Below the pieces are notes generated by a model, which made no database searches, had not been told where the DNA came from, and was given only the letters and a program-made list of their open reading frames with translations. Both the position numbers and the translations under genes were made by a program. This document shows, one piece after another, positions 25,128 to 34,837 of a stretch of DNA of 64,000 nt. The stretch is taken from the NCBI RefSeq assembly GCF_044344655.1, contig NZ_JBIJCN010000002.1, positions 32,174-96,173 of the forward strand, read 5' to 3'. The DNA comes from Gemmatimonas sp. (GTDB lineage Bacteria; Gemmatimonadota; Gemmatimonadetes; Gemmatimonadales; Gemmatimonadaceae). Every line of letters starts with the position of its first letter. Positions within the stretch are counted from its first letter, which is position 1.

Positions 25128-28064
25128 ATGCACCTACCCCGCCCGCACAGCGCAGCCCTCACGCTCGGGCTGACGCTCACCGCAATCGCCGTGGTGCCCG
25201 TCGCCCTCGAGGCGCAAAGCGCCACGCAAAGCGCCACGCAAAGCGCCACGCCGAGTGCCGCGCGCCGCGCCATGACCCCCGCCGACATCTCGGCGTGGAA
25301 GTCCATTCGCGGTGCCACACTGTCGTCCGATGGGGCGTGGTTCGCCCACCTGCTCGCCCCCAACGAGGGCGACGCCGAAGTCGTGGTCCGCCAGACGACC
25401 GCCGGCGGCAAGGTGCTGCGCTTCCCGATCGGGGAGCCGCCCGCCAACGGTGGCGCGCCGGTAATGGCCGCGGACGGGCGCTGGGTGGCCATGCTGGTCT
25501 ACCCCAAAGCGGCCGAACAGAAAAAGCTGCGTCAGCAGCGCCGCCCCATCGTCAGCCGGGCACTCGTGGTGAACCTCGCCACGGGAGAACAGCGCGAGTT
25601 CGACCGCATCCGCCGGATCGCCTTCGGTGGCGAGGCGCCGAAATACATCGCTATGCAGGCCTTCGGCCCCGATGCACCGGCGGGCGGCGGCGGCCCGGCG
25701 GGCGGCCCGGCGCCGGGCGCCCCCGGCATGGGCGGCAACCTGATGGGCGGCGGCCCGCGCGTGGACGGCACCGACCTGCTGCTGCACGAGCTGGGCACGA
25801 GCGCGGTGTTCAACATCGGCAACGTGAGCGACTTTGCCTTCGACGAGGCGGGACACCAGCTCGCCTACGCGATCGAGGCCCGCGAACAGGTGGGGAACGG
25901 GGTGCAGCTGCGCGAACTCACCACGGGTGTGGTGAAGAGTCTCGACGCCGGCAAGGCGTTCTATCGCCGCCTCGCCTGGAGCGATACGCTCAACGCCCTC
26001 GCCTTCCTCAAGGGGGTGGCCGACAGTGCCAACACCGACACCACGTGGACCGCCATCGGGGTGTCGCGTATCGGCACGCCCGCGCCGCAACGTGTGGTCG
26101 TCGGCGCCGGCGGCACCGTCGCGCTCCCGAACGGCATGGAGATCAGCCCTGACCGTACGCCGCGCTGGATGGACGCACTCGACGGCCTCGTGATTGGCCT
26201 GCGCGTGGCCGCGCCGCCGGTCCCCAAGAGCGAACAGCTCGACGACGACGACCGCCCCACGCTCATCCTGTGGCACCACAAGGATCCGCGCCTCCAGAGC
26301 ATGCAGCTGGTGCAGGAGCAGGCCGACCGTGGCTTCTCGTTCGTGGCCACCTACCTGCCCGCCTCGCAGAAGGTGGTGCAGCTCACCGACGACGTGGTGC
26401 GCACCGGCAGCCTCGGTGGTCGGGACGCGTGGCTGCTGGGCACCGACAGCAGCCCCTACGAGCGGCAGAGCAGCGTGGACGGCATCCAGCGCCGCGACAT
26501 CTATGTGGTGAACGCGCGCACGGGCGAGAAGACGCTGGTGAAGCAGGACGCGCGCAGCATGCCGCAGCTGTCGCCCGACGGCCGCACGGTCACGTACTGG
26601 GACGACGGCCACTGGCAGGCGTTCGACATCGCGACGAAGGGCACGACGAACCTCACCAAGGGCGCGCCGGTCTCGTTCATCGACACCGAGGATGATCACA
26701 ACGTGGATCGCCCCGCCACGCAGTTCCTCGGCTTCAGCAAGGACGGCAAGTTCGTGCTGTTGCAGGACAATTACGACGTGTGGCGCGTATCGCTCACCGG
26801 CACGCAATTCACCAACCTCACGGTGGACGGCAAGGCGAAGCGCATCCGCTACGCCCGGCGCATCGTGACCGACGCACGCGAGCGCGGCATCGACCTCACC
26901 AAGCCGCTCTACATGGCGGCGCTGCAGGCGCGCACCAAGAAGGAAGCGATCGTCCGTATTGATCCGGCGAGGGCCGGTGCGGTGGCACTCACCGGCTGGC
27001 GCGAGGCGCGGCATCTGCCCATGAAGGCAAAGAGCGCCGACGTGTGGGTGGCAAGCATCCAGACCGCGTCGCGCTTCCCTGACTACTGGCGCATCAGCTA
27101 CGGCGCCGGTGCGCTGGCCGACTCGGTGCGTCTCACCGATGCCAACCCCGGCATGAACGGCGTCGCGTGGTCGTCCGGCTCGCGCCTGGTGGACTACGTG
27201 ACCGAGAAGGGCGATTCACTGCAGGGCGTGCTGGTGCTCCCCGCCAACTATGAACCGGGCAAGTCGTACCCCACGCTCACGTTCATCTACGAGCTCCAGT
27301 CCGATAACCTGCACACCTTCTGGGCCCCGAACTTCTCGAGCTCCCCCAACGCGCTGATCGGCGTGCACGCGTCGCGCGGCTACGCGGTGTTCCTGCCGGA
27401 CATCGTGTACAAGATCAACGACCCCGGGATGAGCGCGGTATGGAGCGTGGTGCCGGCCGTGAAGGCGGCGATCCGCACGGGCGTGGTGGACAGCACCAAT
27501 GTGGGACTGCACGGCCACTCGTGGGGCGGCTACCAGACCAGCTTCCTGGTCACGCAGACCAACATCTTCAAGAGCGCGGTGGCCGGGGCGCCGCTCACCG
27601 ACATGATCAGCATGTACAGCTCGGTGTACTGGAACACCGGCAGTGCCAACCAGGGGATCTTCCAGAGCTCGCAGGGGCGCTTCAAGGGCAACTTCCTCGA
27701 CCACCGCGAGGCCTACGAGCGCAACTCCCCCAACCGCTTCGCCGACAAGGTGAAGACGCCGCTGATCATCCTGCACGACGACAAGGACGGCGCGGTGGAC
27801 TTCAACCAGGGCATCACGTACTACAACACGCTCCGCCAGCTCGGGAAGGACGTGATCCTGCTCGAGTACGTGGGGGAGAATCACGGCCTGGCGCAGCTGA
27901 AGAACCGGCGTGACTACTCACTGCGCCTCATGGAGTACTGGGACAGCTACCTCAAGGGGCAGCCGGCGCCCGAGTGGCTCAGGAACGGCATCCCGCGCCT
28001 CAAGATGGAAGAGCACCTGCGGGAGATGAAGAAGAAGGCCGAAGGGAAGAAAATCGCGATGTGA
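25128..28064 (+). CDS. Secreted S9 family (prolyl oligopeptidase-like) peptidase
   Basis: Signal peptide, (QSAT)3 repeat, propeller region, GHSWGG nucleophile, D(KDGAV), ENHG. Confidence 0.92.
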   Translation: MHLPRPHSAALTLGLTLTAIAVVPVALEAQSATQSATQSATPSAARRAMTPADISAWKSIRGATLSSDGAWFAHLLAPNEGDAEVVVRQTTAGGKVLRFPIGEPPANGGAPVMAADGRWVAMLVYPKAAEQKKLRQQRRPIVSRALVVNLATGEQREFDRIRRIAFGGEAPKYIAMQAFGPDAPAGGGGPAGGPAPGAPGMGGNLMGGGPRVDGTDLLLHELGTSAVFNIGNVSDFAFDEAGHQLAYAIEAREQVGNGVQLRELTTGVVKSLDAGKAFYRRLAWSDTLNALAFLKGVADSANTDTTWTAIGVSRIGTPAPQRVVVGAGGTVALPNGMEISPDRTPRWMDALDGLVIGLRVAAPPVPKSEQLDDDDRPTLILWHHKDPRLQSMQLVQEQADRGFSFVATYLPASQKVVQLTDDVVRTGSLGGRDAWLLGTDSSPYERQSSVDGIQRRDIYVVNARTGEKTLVKQDARSMPQLSPDGRTVTYWDDGHWQAFDIATKGTTNLTKGAPVSFIDTEDDHNVDRPATQFLGFSKDGKFVLLQDNYDVWRVSLTGTQFTNLTVDGKAKRIRYARRIVTDARERGIDLTKPLYMAALQARTKKEAIVRIDPARAGAVALTGWREARHLPMKAKSADVWVASIQTASRFPDYWRISYGAGALADSVRLTDANPGMNGVAWSSGSRLVDYVTEKGDSLQGVLVLPANYEPGKSYPTLTFIYELQSDNLHTFWAPNFSSSPNALIGVHASRGYAVFLPDIVYKINDPGMSAVWSVVPAVKAAIRTGVVDSTNVGLHGHSWGGYQTSFLVTQTNIFKSAVAGAPLTDMISMYSSVYWNTGSANQGIFQSSQGRFKGNFLDHREAYERNSPNRFADKVKTPLIILHDDKDGAVDFNQGITYYNTLRQLGKDVILLEYVGENHGLAQLKNRRDYSLRLMEYWDSYLKGQPAPEWLRNGIPRLKMEEHLREMKKKAEGKKIAM

Positions 28065-28256
28065 ACGACCGGGGGCGCCCGGCGACCCCCGGAATCCGGG
28101 CGCCCAAAACCGGACTGTTACTTACCCGAGTCATTATCCGGTCCCAGTGGTCAAACTGTCTCTTGACTCCGTGGCCAGAAAGCCGGAAGTTGTTCTTCCC
28201 TTGCTCGCCCGCACGTGTGCGGCCGGGCAAGGGGAGATCGCCTGCTTTACGACATA

Positions 28257-28434
28257 GACACTGGTCACCGGCTTCTGCACCCAGAGGTCGGCGCTAAGAG
28301 GGAACTCCGGTGAGAACCCGGGGCGGCCCCGCCGCTGTAAGGGATGACGAGGAAGCTTCCCGCCACTGCGCCATGTCTGGCGCGGGAAGGCCGCTTCCGA
28401 GGACGAATCCCGAGCCAGAAGACCTGCCAGTGTC
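28257..28434 (+). ncRNA. Cobalamin (AdoCbl-type, full-length) riboswitch
   Basis: P1 GACACTGG/CCAGTGTC; AAGAGGGAA-CCGGTGAGAACCCGG-GCGGCCCCGCCGCTGTAA; GCCACTG...GGGAAGG; B12 box GAGCCAGAAGACCTGCC. Confidence 0.95.
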
Positions 28435-28643
28435 CGAGTCCGCGCGCCCCCTCGAGGGAGGGTTCGCCGGGGATTGCTGCGCCGCACCGTTTTCATGAGA
28501 TGCGCGCGGCCCCGTCTGGGCTCCCTGCGTTGTCTGCCGGGGGCCTTCGTGCTGCTCACGATCACGTGGGGGGCACGAGCGACGGGTGAACGTCCTCGGG
28601 TGGGTGTGCACACGCAGCTTTTATCCCCCTCTGGAGACACCGA

Positions 28644-31070
28644 ATGACCACGTCCGTCGTCCCGCGCGCCGAGGTTCGCCCGCAGTTTGGGAGCTACGAC
28701 TCGACCGGAGTGCGCACCATCACCGAAGTTATCAAGCGCGACGGCCGTCGAGCCTCCTGGGACCCGGAGCGCATCACGCGCGCCATCGCCCTGGCCTTCT
28801 GGGCTGCGCGCCACGACGACGCGATCAACCCGCACGCCAGCGACGCCGGGCACCGCTTCGGCCTCGGGTTCACCGAGTTCGCCGACGTCTGCGAAATCAC
28901 GCAGCTCGTGGTCAACACCGTGGAGCGCAAAGCGCAGGAGCGCACGCCCACCGTCGAGGAAATCCAGGACGTCGTCGAAATGATGATCGCCGCGCGCGGT
29001 CATTGGGACGTGGCCAAGCGCTACGTGATCTATCGCGCCCAGCGCGCCCAGGTCCGGCTCCACGCCCACGAAGAAGACGGCCTGCAGGACTACATCTTCC
29101 TGTCGCGCTACTCGCGCTACCGGGAAGACCTCGGCCGCCGCGAAACGCCGTCGGAGGCGTTCACGCGCGTGATGGACATGCACCGCGCTCACTTCGCCGA
29201 CAAGCTTGACCTCCCGGTCGCCGGCTTCGGCGGGCGTACGCTGCGCGCGCTGATGGACGAGACCGAGCAGGCGCTGCAGCGCAAGGCGATCCTCCCGTCC
29301 ATGCGCTCGCTCCAGTTCGGCGGCCAGGCCATCGAGGCCAACAACGCCCGCATGTTCAACTGCGCCTTCACGCACATCAACCGCGTGGACGCGTTCAAGG
29401 AGGCGTTCTTCCTCCTTATGTCGGGCACGGGCGTGGGCTTCTCGGTACAGAAGCATCACGTGGCGCAGCTGCCGGCCTTCCCGGTGCGCGGCGCCGAAAA
29501 CGATCTCGAGGTCATCCACTACACAGTGGGAGACACGCTTGAGGGCTGGGCGGACGCACTCGGCGCGCTCATCCAGAGCTATCTCGACAACAAGAAGATC
29601 GAGTTCAACTACTCGGGCATCCGCCGTCGCGGCGCCCCCCTCCGCACCTCGGGCGGCCGCGCCCCCGGGCACATCCCGCTCAAGAAGGCGCTGAGCGCCG
29701 TCGAGCGCATGCTCGAGCAGGTATCGGGTCGTTCGCTCCGCCCGATCGAGGTGTACGACATCCTCATGCACGTCGCCGTCGCCGTGCTCTCGGGCGGCAT
29801 CCGTCGCTCGGCCACGATCTGCCTCTTCTCGGCGGACGACGACGAAATGGCGGCCGCGAAGACCGGCAACTGGTTCGAAACCAACCCGCAGCGCGGCAAG
29901 TCCAACAACTCCGCCGTGCTCGTGCGCGACAAGCACACCGAAGGCGACTTCCAGAAGCTCTTCGAGCTGCAGAAGGAATTCGGCGAGCCGGGCTTCTACT
30001 TCGTGGACGATGTGGAGTACGGCGCCAACCCGTGCGTGGAGATCGGCCTCGCGCCGTTCGCCGTGGTGGACGACGCGGCGCAGGCCAAGCTCGCCGAATA
30101 CGGCATGCCCGGCGTAGACGTGGGCAGCACCGTGAGTGGCTGGCAGATGTGCAACCTCACCACGATCAACGCCAACGCCTGCGACGACGAGGCCGGGTTC
30201 CTCGCCTGCTGCCGCGCGGCGTCGCTGCTCGGAACGCTGCAGGCGGCGTACACGACCATCCCCTACCTCGGTGCCGCCACGCGGTACATCAACGAGCGTG
30301 AGTCGCTGCTAGGCGTGAGCATCTGCGGTATCCTCGATCGCCCGTCGCTCCTGCTCAACCCGCAGGTGCTGGAGCGCGGTGCGCAGGAGTGCCTCGACAC
30401 CAACGCGGCGGTCGCCAGCCATCTCGGTATCCCGGCCGCGGCGCGCATCACCTGCGTGAAGCCCGAAGGCACCGCCAGCCTCGTGCTGGGCGCGGGCTCG
30501 GGGATCCACCCGCACCACGCGCGCCACTACTTCCGTCGCGTGCAAGCTGCGCGCACGGAGCCGGTGTACCAGTGGTTCAAGATGAACAACCCGCACATGA
30601 CCGAAGCGTCGGCGTGGGATCCCGATACGACCGACGTGATCACCTTCCCGGTGACGGCGCCGGCCGATGCGATCCTCCGCAAGGACGTGGGCGCGGTGCA
30701 GTTCCTCGAGTACGTGCGCCTCGTGCAGCAGCACTGGGTGGTCGCCGGCCGTCGTCACGAGACGTACAACCCCGGCCTGCACCACAACGTGTCCAACACG
30801 GTCACCGTGCGCGACGAGGAGTGGGACGCCGTGCAGCAGTTCATCTTCGAGAACCGCGGCTACTTCACCGGCATTTCGCTGCTCCGCGAAACAGGCGACA
30901 AGGTCTACGCCCAGGCGCCGCGTGAAGAGGTGACCACCGAAACCGACATGGCCAAGTGGAACGCCCTCGTGTACCGCACGGTCGACTACACGGCGCTGTG
31001 GGAAGGCACCGATATGACCACGCTCGCCGATACCGTGGCGTGCGCCGGTGGTGCCTGCGAGATCATCTGA
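28644..31070 (+). CDS. nrdJ: Class II ribonucleotide reductase, monomeric NrdJm/RTPR type, with N-terminal ATP cone
   Basis: ATP cone VIKRDGR; ILPSMRSLQFGG; FNCA; finger loop ANPCVEI; CNLTTIN; TCVKPEGT; VYAQAPREE; C-terminal CAGGAC; no class I YY pair; no nrdB or nrdG adjacent. Confidence 0.85.
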   Translation: MTTSVVPRAEVRPQFGSYDSTGVRTITEVIKRDGRRASWDPERITRAIALAFWAARHDDAINPHASDAGHRFGLGFTEFADVCEITQLVVNTVERKAQERTPTVEEIQDVVEMMIAARGHWDVAKRYVIYRAQRAQVRLHAHEEDGLQDYIFLSRYSRYREDLGRRETPSEAFTRVMDMHRAHFADKLDLPVAGFGGRTLRALMDETEQALQRKAILPSMRSLQFGGQAIEANNARMFNCAFTHINRVDAFKEAFFLLMSGTGVGFSVQKHHVAQLPAFPVRGAENDLEVIHYTVGDTLEGWADALGALIQSYLDNKKIEFNYSGIRRRGAPLRTSGGRAPGHIPLKKALSAVERMLEQVSGRSLRPIEVYDILMHVAVAVLSGGIRRSATICLFSADDDEMAAAKTGNWFETNPQRGKSNNSAVLVRDKHTEGDFQKLFELQKEFGEPGFYFVDDVEYGANPCVEIGLAPFAVVDDAAQAKLAEYGMPGVDVGSTVSGWQMCNLTTINANACDDEAGFLACCRAASLLGTLQAAYTTIPYLGAATRYINERESLLGVSICGILDRPSLLLNPQVLERGAQECLDTNAAVASHLGIPAAARITCVKPEGTASLVLGAGSGIHPHHARHYFRRVQAARTEPVYQWFKMNNPHMTEASAWDPDTTDVITFPVTAPADAILRKDVGAVQFLEYVRLVQQHWVVAGRRHETYNPGLHHNVSNTVTVRDEEWDAVQQFIFENRGYFTGISLLRETGDKVYAQAPREEVTTETDMAKWNALVYRTVDYTALWEGTDMTTLADTVACAGGACEII

Positions 31071-31088
31071 TCCGCGGACGATGTGTGA

Positions 31089-31130
31089 ACGCAAAAGGGG
31101 AGCGACCGACCGGTCGCTCCCCTTTTGCGT
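31089..31130. terminator. Bidirectional Rho-independent terminator (perfect 20-bp stem)
   Basis: ACGCAAAAGGGGAGCGACCG / CGGTCGCTCCCCTTTTGCGT between convergent genes. Confidence 0.9.
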
Positions 31131-31140
31131 GGGCACGTCG

Positions 31141-31638
31141 TCAATGCTTCATGCCCGTGTTGCACCCTTCCTCGAGTACCTCGAAGGCATCGTGCAGCCC
31201 CTTCATCGCCGCCTTGAGCGCCGCGTCATCGGCCTTGGCCGCCACCATCGCCTGCACCTTCTCCGTCCCTGCGGTGAGCCCCGCCTGCGCCTTGGCCAGT
31301 TCGGGCTTCTGACAGGCCGTGGGCGCCGTGGAGGCCGCCACGGCCTTCGCGGCAGTCACCATCTCGCCGATCTTTGCGCGCGTGGGCGCCAGGTCACCCT
31401 TGTCCTTGGCAGGGTGCCACGTGGCCATCATCAGCATGTGGTAGGCGTCGAGCTCCTTCCAGGCCGCAGGCTTGGCAGCGCCCATCTGCTTCATATGCTC
31501 GGCGTGCATGGCGGCGTGGTCCATGCCGGCATGCCCCTTGTCGGCGGTACCGGCTTTGGGCGGGGTCTGCTGGGCAGCGGCGACCGAGGCGGAAAGGCTC
31601 AGCGCCGAGGCCAGCGCGAAGGAAAGGCGAAAGCGCAT
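31141..31638 (-). CDS. Secreted His/Met-rich helical protein of unknown function
   Basis: Signal peptide; GHAGMDHAAMHAEHMKQM; WKELDAYHMLMMATWHP; LHDAFE; two Cys. Confidence 0.75.
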   Translation of the reverse strand: MRFRLSFALASALSLSASVAAAQQTPPKAGTADKGHAGMDHAAMHAEHMKQMGAAKPAAWKELDAYHMLMMATWHPAKDKGDLAPTRAKIGEMVTAAKAVAASTAPTACQKPELAKAQAGLTAGTEKVQAMVAAKADDAALKAAMKGLHDAFEVLEEGCNTGMKH

Positions 31639-31833
31639 GGGATGGTGTGGTAAGGAATGTGAGACGAGGGGGAGCAAGGCTCCCGTGGATCTTACCCAAC
31701 GCGGGCCGCGCCCGCATCGTAGTCCTTCTGGTACCCCCGTGCTCCCGCTAGGTCCCGGAACCCTGTTCCGGAAGCCGCCTCAGGGAGGTCCGGTAGCCAC
31801 CCGGCTGACCCTGCACTCTCCACCCGTCCCCAG

Positions 31834-34644
31834 ATGCCCCAGATGCCCGCCCCGCATCGTCTGCGTAGCGTGACCCGATGGTCCACGGCCCTGTTGCTGG
31901 CCGCGGTCCCGTTCACCGCCGAGGCGCAGCAGCGCACCACGCCGGAGCAGTTCTTCGGCCACAAGATCGGTGCCGACTACGAGCTCCCCAATTACACGAA
32001 GCTGCATCAGTGGTTCGCCACCGTGGCCAGAGAGAGCGACCGGGTTTCGCTCGACACGATTGGCCGCACGGAAGAAGGGCGCCCGCAGATCATGGCGATC
32101 GTCACGAGCCCCGAGAATCACACGAAGCTCGCGCGGTACAAGGAGATCGCCACGAAGCTCGCCAAAGCCGATGGGGTAGACTCCGCCGCCGCGGCCGCGA
32201 TGGCCAAGGAAGGCAAGGTGATCTTCTGGATCGACGGCGGCCTGCATGCCACCGAAGTCCTCGGTGCGCAGCAGCTGATGGAAACGCTCTGGCAGCTCTC
32301 CAGCCGCACCGATGACGAAACACAGCGGATCCTGAACGACGTGGTCATCCTCATGACGCACGCCAATCCGGACGGCATGGAGCTCGTTACGAACTGGTAC
32401 ATGAAGGAGAGCGATAAGCTCAAGCGCACCACGGCCACCATCCCGCGCCTGTATGAGAAGTACGCCGGTCACGACAACAACCGCGACTCGTACATGAACG
32501 CGCTGGCCGAAACGCGCAACATGTCGCAGCAGCTGTTCGTCGAGTGGCATCCGCAGATCATGTACAACCATCACCAGACGGGCCCCACGGGCACGGTGAT
32601 GGCGGCGCCGCCGTACCGGGACCCGGCCAACTACTGGTTCCACCCGGCAATGATCACGGGCCTCGACCTCGTGGGTGCGGCGCTCAATCACCGTTTCGTG
32701 CTCGAACACAAGCCCGGCCTCACCTTCCGCGCGGGCTCCAACTACAGCACCTGGTGGAACGGCGGCCTACGCACCACGGGCTACTACCACAACCAGATCG
32801 GCATCCTCACCGAAACGATCGGCAATCCCACGCCCATGCGCATTGCGCTGGTGCCGGAGCGCCAGGTGCGGTCGGCCGGTTTGCCGCTCCCCATCGAGCC
32901 GCAGGAATGGAAGTTCCGCCAGTCGATCGATTACTCGGTCTCGGCCAACTACGCCTTCCTCGACATGGCGTCGCGCTACCGGGAGACGTTCCTGTTCAAT
33001 CGCTGGGTGATGGGCCAGGACCAGATCAAGGCAGGACAGAAGGACAACTGGACGATCTCGCCCAAGCGCGTGGCAGCGATGGCCGAGCAGATCCAGAAGG
33101 ATCGTGCCGGGGCCTCGGCCGAAAATCGCGCCGGCGGCCCACGCGGCAGCGGCCTGGCGGCCAACGCGATGAACACCGTCGCGAACGATCGCTACATGGC
33201 GCTGCTCAAGAAGCCGGAGAACCGTGACCCGCGCGCGTACGTGCTCAGCGCCGGGCAGAAGGACTTCCCCACGGCCACGAAGTTCATCCGCGCCTTGCAG
33301 TACTCGGGGATCGACGTGCACAAGGCCACGGCGGCGTTCAGTGCGAACGGCAAGCAGTTCCCCGCTGGCTCATGGGTGATCAAGACCGATCAGGCGTTCC
33401 GCTCGCACGTGCTCGACATGTTCGAGCCGCAGGATCATCCGAACGACTTCCGCTATCCGGGTGGCCCGCCGATCCCGCCGTACGACAACGCCGGCTGGAC
33501 GCTCGCCTTCCAGATGGGCATCGAGTTCGAGCGTGTGCTCGATGGCGGCCTCACGGGTTCCTTCGAGAAGGTCAACGGCATCACGCCGATGCCCGCGGGC
33601 ACCGTGGCGAAGGGCAAGGCCGGCTACTTCATCCACGCCGGTGTGAACGACGGCAGCACGGTGGCCAACCGTCTCGCCAAGGCGAAGGTGAAGGCGCAGC
33701 GCATCCCCACGGAGTTCAAGGACGGCGGCACCACGTGGCCGGCCGGTTCGTGGTTCATTCCCGCGGGTGGTGCGGCTGACAAGGTCGTGGCCGATGCCGC
33801 GAAGGATCTCGGCGTGAACTTCGCCGCCGCCAACACGAAGCCGAGCGGTGCACAGCCCGTGCAGCCGCTCCGCATCGGCCTCGTGGACCGCTACGGCGGC
33901 AACATGCCCACGGGCTGGACGCGTCTGATTCTCGAGAAGTTCGAATTCGGCTACACCACGGTGTATCCGCAGGAGATCGACGCGGGCAACCTGAAGGCCA
34001 AGTACGACGTGCTGGTGTTCACCGACGGCATGTTCAGCGAGGCGGGGGCCGGCCGTGGCTTCGGCGGATCGCCAGACACCACGCTCATCCCGGCCGAGTA
34101 CCGCAAGGAGCTCGGGCGCGTGTCCGACCGCTCGGTGCCGTCGCTCAAGGCGTTCGTGGAAGCGGGTGGCCGCATCGTGGCGATCGGCTCGTCGATCGGC
34201 CTTGGCAAGGCGATGGGGCTGCCCATCGAGAACCATCTGGCCGATGCCAACGGCCGCGCGTATCCCGGCGAGAAGTACTACATCCCCGGCTCGGTGCTCG
34301 AGGTGAAGCTCGACACCAGCGCCACCATTGCGACTGGTATGGCGGCGCGTCCCGCAGTGATGTTCGACAACAGCCCGGTGATGAAGCTCGGCCCCGACGC
34401 GGCGGCGAAGGGCGTGAAGGTGCTGGGTACGTTCGACAACACCGCGCCGCTACTCTCGGGGTGGGCCTGGGGTCAGGAACTGCTGAAGGACGGCGTGGCG
34501 ATGGCCGAGGCGACCATGGGCAAGGGTACGGTGTGGCTGTTCGGCCCGGAGATCCTGTTCCGTTCGCAGGCGCACGGCACGTACAAGCTGTTCCTGAACG
34601 CGCTCGACGGCGGGTTCAAGCGGCCGGCGAAGGCAGTGCAATAA
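31834..34644 (+). CDS. Secreted M14 zinc carboxypeptidase with C-terminal class I glutamine amidotransferase-like domain
   Basis: GLHATE, NPDG, DNNRD, NHHQ; C-terminal GWTRLILEKF, YDVLVF, FVEAGG. Confidence 0.88.
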   Translation: MPQMPAPHRLRSVTRWSTALLLAAVPFTAEAQQRTTPEQFFGHKIGADYELPNYTKLHQWFATVARESDRVSLDTIGRTEEGRPQIMAIVTSPENHTKLARYKEIATKLAKADGVDSAAAAAMAKEGKVIFWIDGGLHATEVLGAQQLMETLWQLSSRTDDETQRILNDVVILMTHANPDGMELVTNWYMKESDKLKRTTATIPRLYEKYAGHDNNRDSYMNALAETRNMSQQLFVEWHPQIMYNHHQTGPTGTVMAAPPYRDPANYWFHPAMITGLDLVGAALNHRFVLEHKPGLTFRAGSNYSTWWNGGLRTTGYYHNQIGILTETIGNPTPMRIALVPERQVRSAGLPLPIEPQEWKFRQSIDYSVSANYAFLDMASRYRETFLFNRWVMGQDQIKAGQKDNWTISPKRVAAMAEQIQKDRAGASAENRAGGPRGSGLAANAMNTVANDRYMALLKKPENRDPRAYVLSAGQKDFPTATKFIRALQYSGIDVHKATAAFSANGKQFPAGSWVIKTDQAFRSHVLDMFEPQDHPNDFRYPGGPPIPPYDNAGWTLAFQMGIEFERVLDGGLTGSFEKVNGITPMPAGTVAKGKAGYFIHAGVNDGSTVANRLAKAKVKAQRIPTEFKDGGTTWPAGSWFIPAGGAADKVVADAAKDLGVNFAAANTKPSGAQPVQPLRIGLVDRYGGNMPTGWTRLILEKFEFGYTTVYPQEIDAGNLKAKYDVLVFTDGMFSEAGAGRGFGGSPDTTLIPAEYRKELGRVSDRSVPSLKAFVEAGGRIVAIGSSIGLGKAMGLPIENHLADANGRAYPGEKYYIPGSVLEVKLDTSATIATGMAARPAVMFDNSPVMKLGPDAAAKGVKVLGTFDNTAPLLSGWAWGQELLKDGVAMAEATMGKGTVWLFGPEILFRSQAHGTYKLFLNALDGGFKRPAKAVQ

Positions 34645-34703
34645 TGCAGGCGCTCATGTGATGCGCTGGTTGGGCTGAACAGCACAACACGGAGCCAGGG
34701 AGA

Positions 34704-34743
34704 GCATGAGGCCACGGAGAAGAGATTCTCCGTGGCCTCATGC
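34704..34743. repeat. Perfect 18-bp inverted repeat, intergenic
   Basis: GCATGAGGCCACGGAGAA-GAGA-TTCTCCGTGGCCTCATGC, flanked by CACGGAG/CTCCGTG copies. Confidence 0.85.
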
Positions 34744-34837
34744 GTGTGAGTCGTGCTCCGTGCCCTTACCAGCCTCCGTGCGCTTAGCACTCGGCGCTCA
34801 CGCGGTTCACGGCTTCCGTCGCCGCTATATTGAGGGG

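Noticed and set aside
25215-25250. 12-bp repeat in the S9 peptidase gene as a phase-variation site
   Set aside because: In-frame (QSAT)3 linker after the signal peptide; slippage would not shift the frame.
28070-28640. NrdR boxes upstream of the RNR
   Set aside because: No tandem AT-rich NrdR-type palindromes found; the hairpins at 28073-28105 and about 28198-28233 are GC-rich and lack U-tails.
28644-31070. RNR as class I or class III
   Set aside because: No tandem Tyr relay, no glycyl-radical motif, no nrdB or nrdG, and a terminator follows directly.
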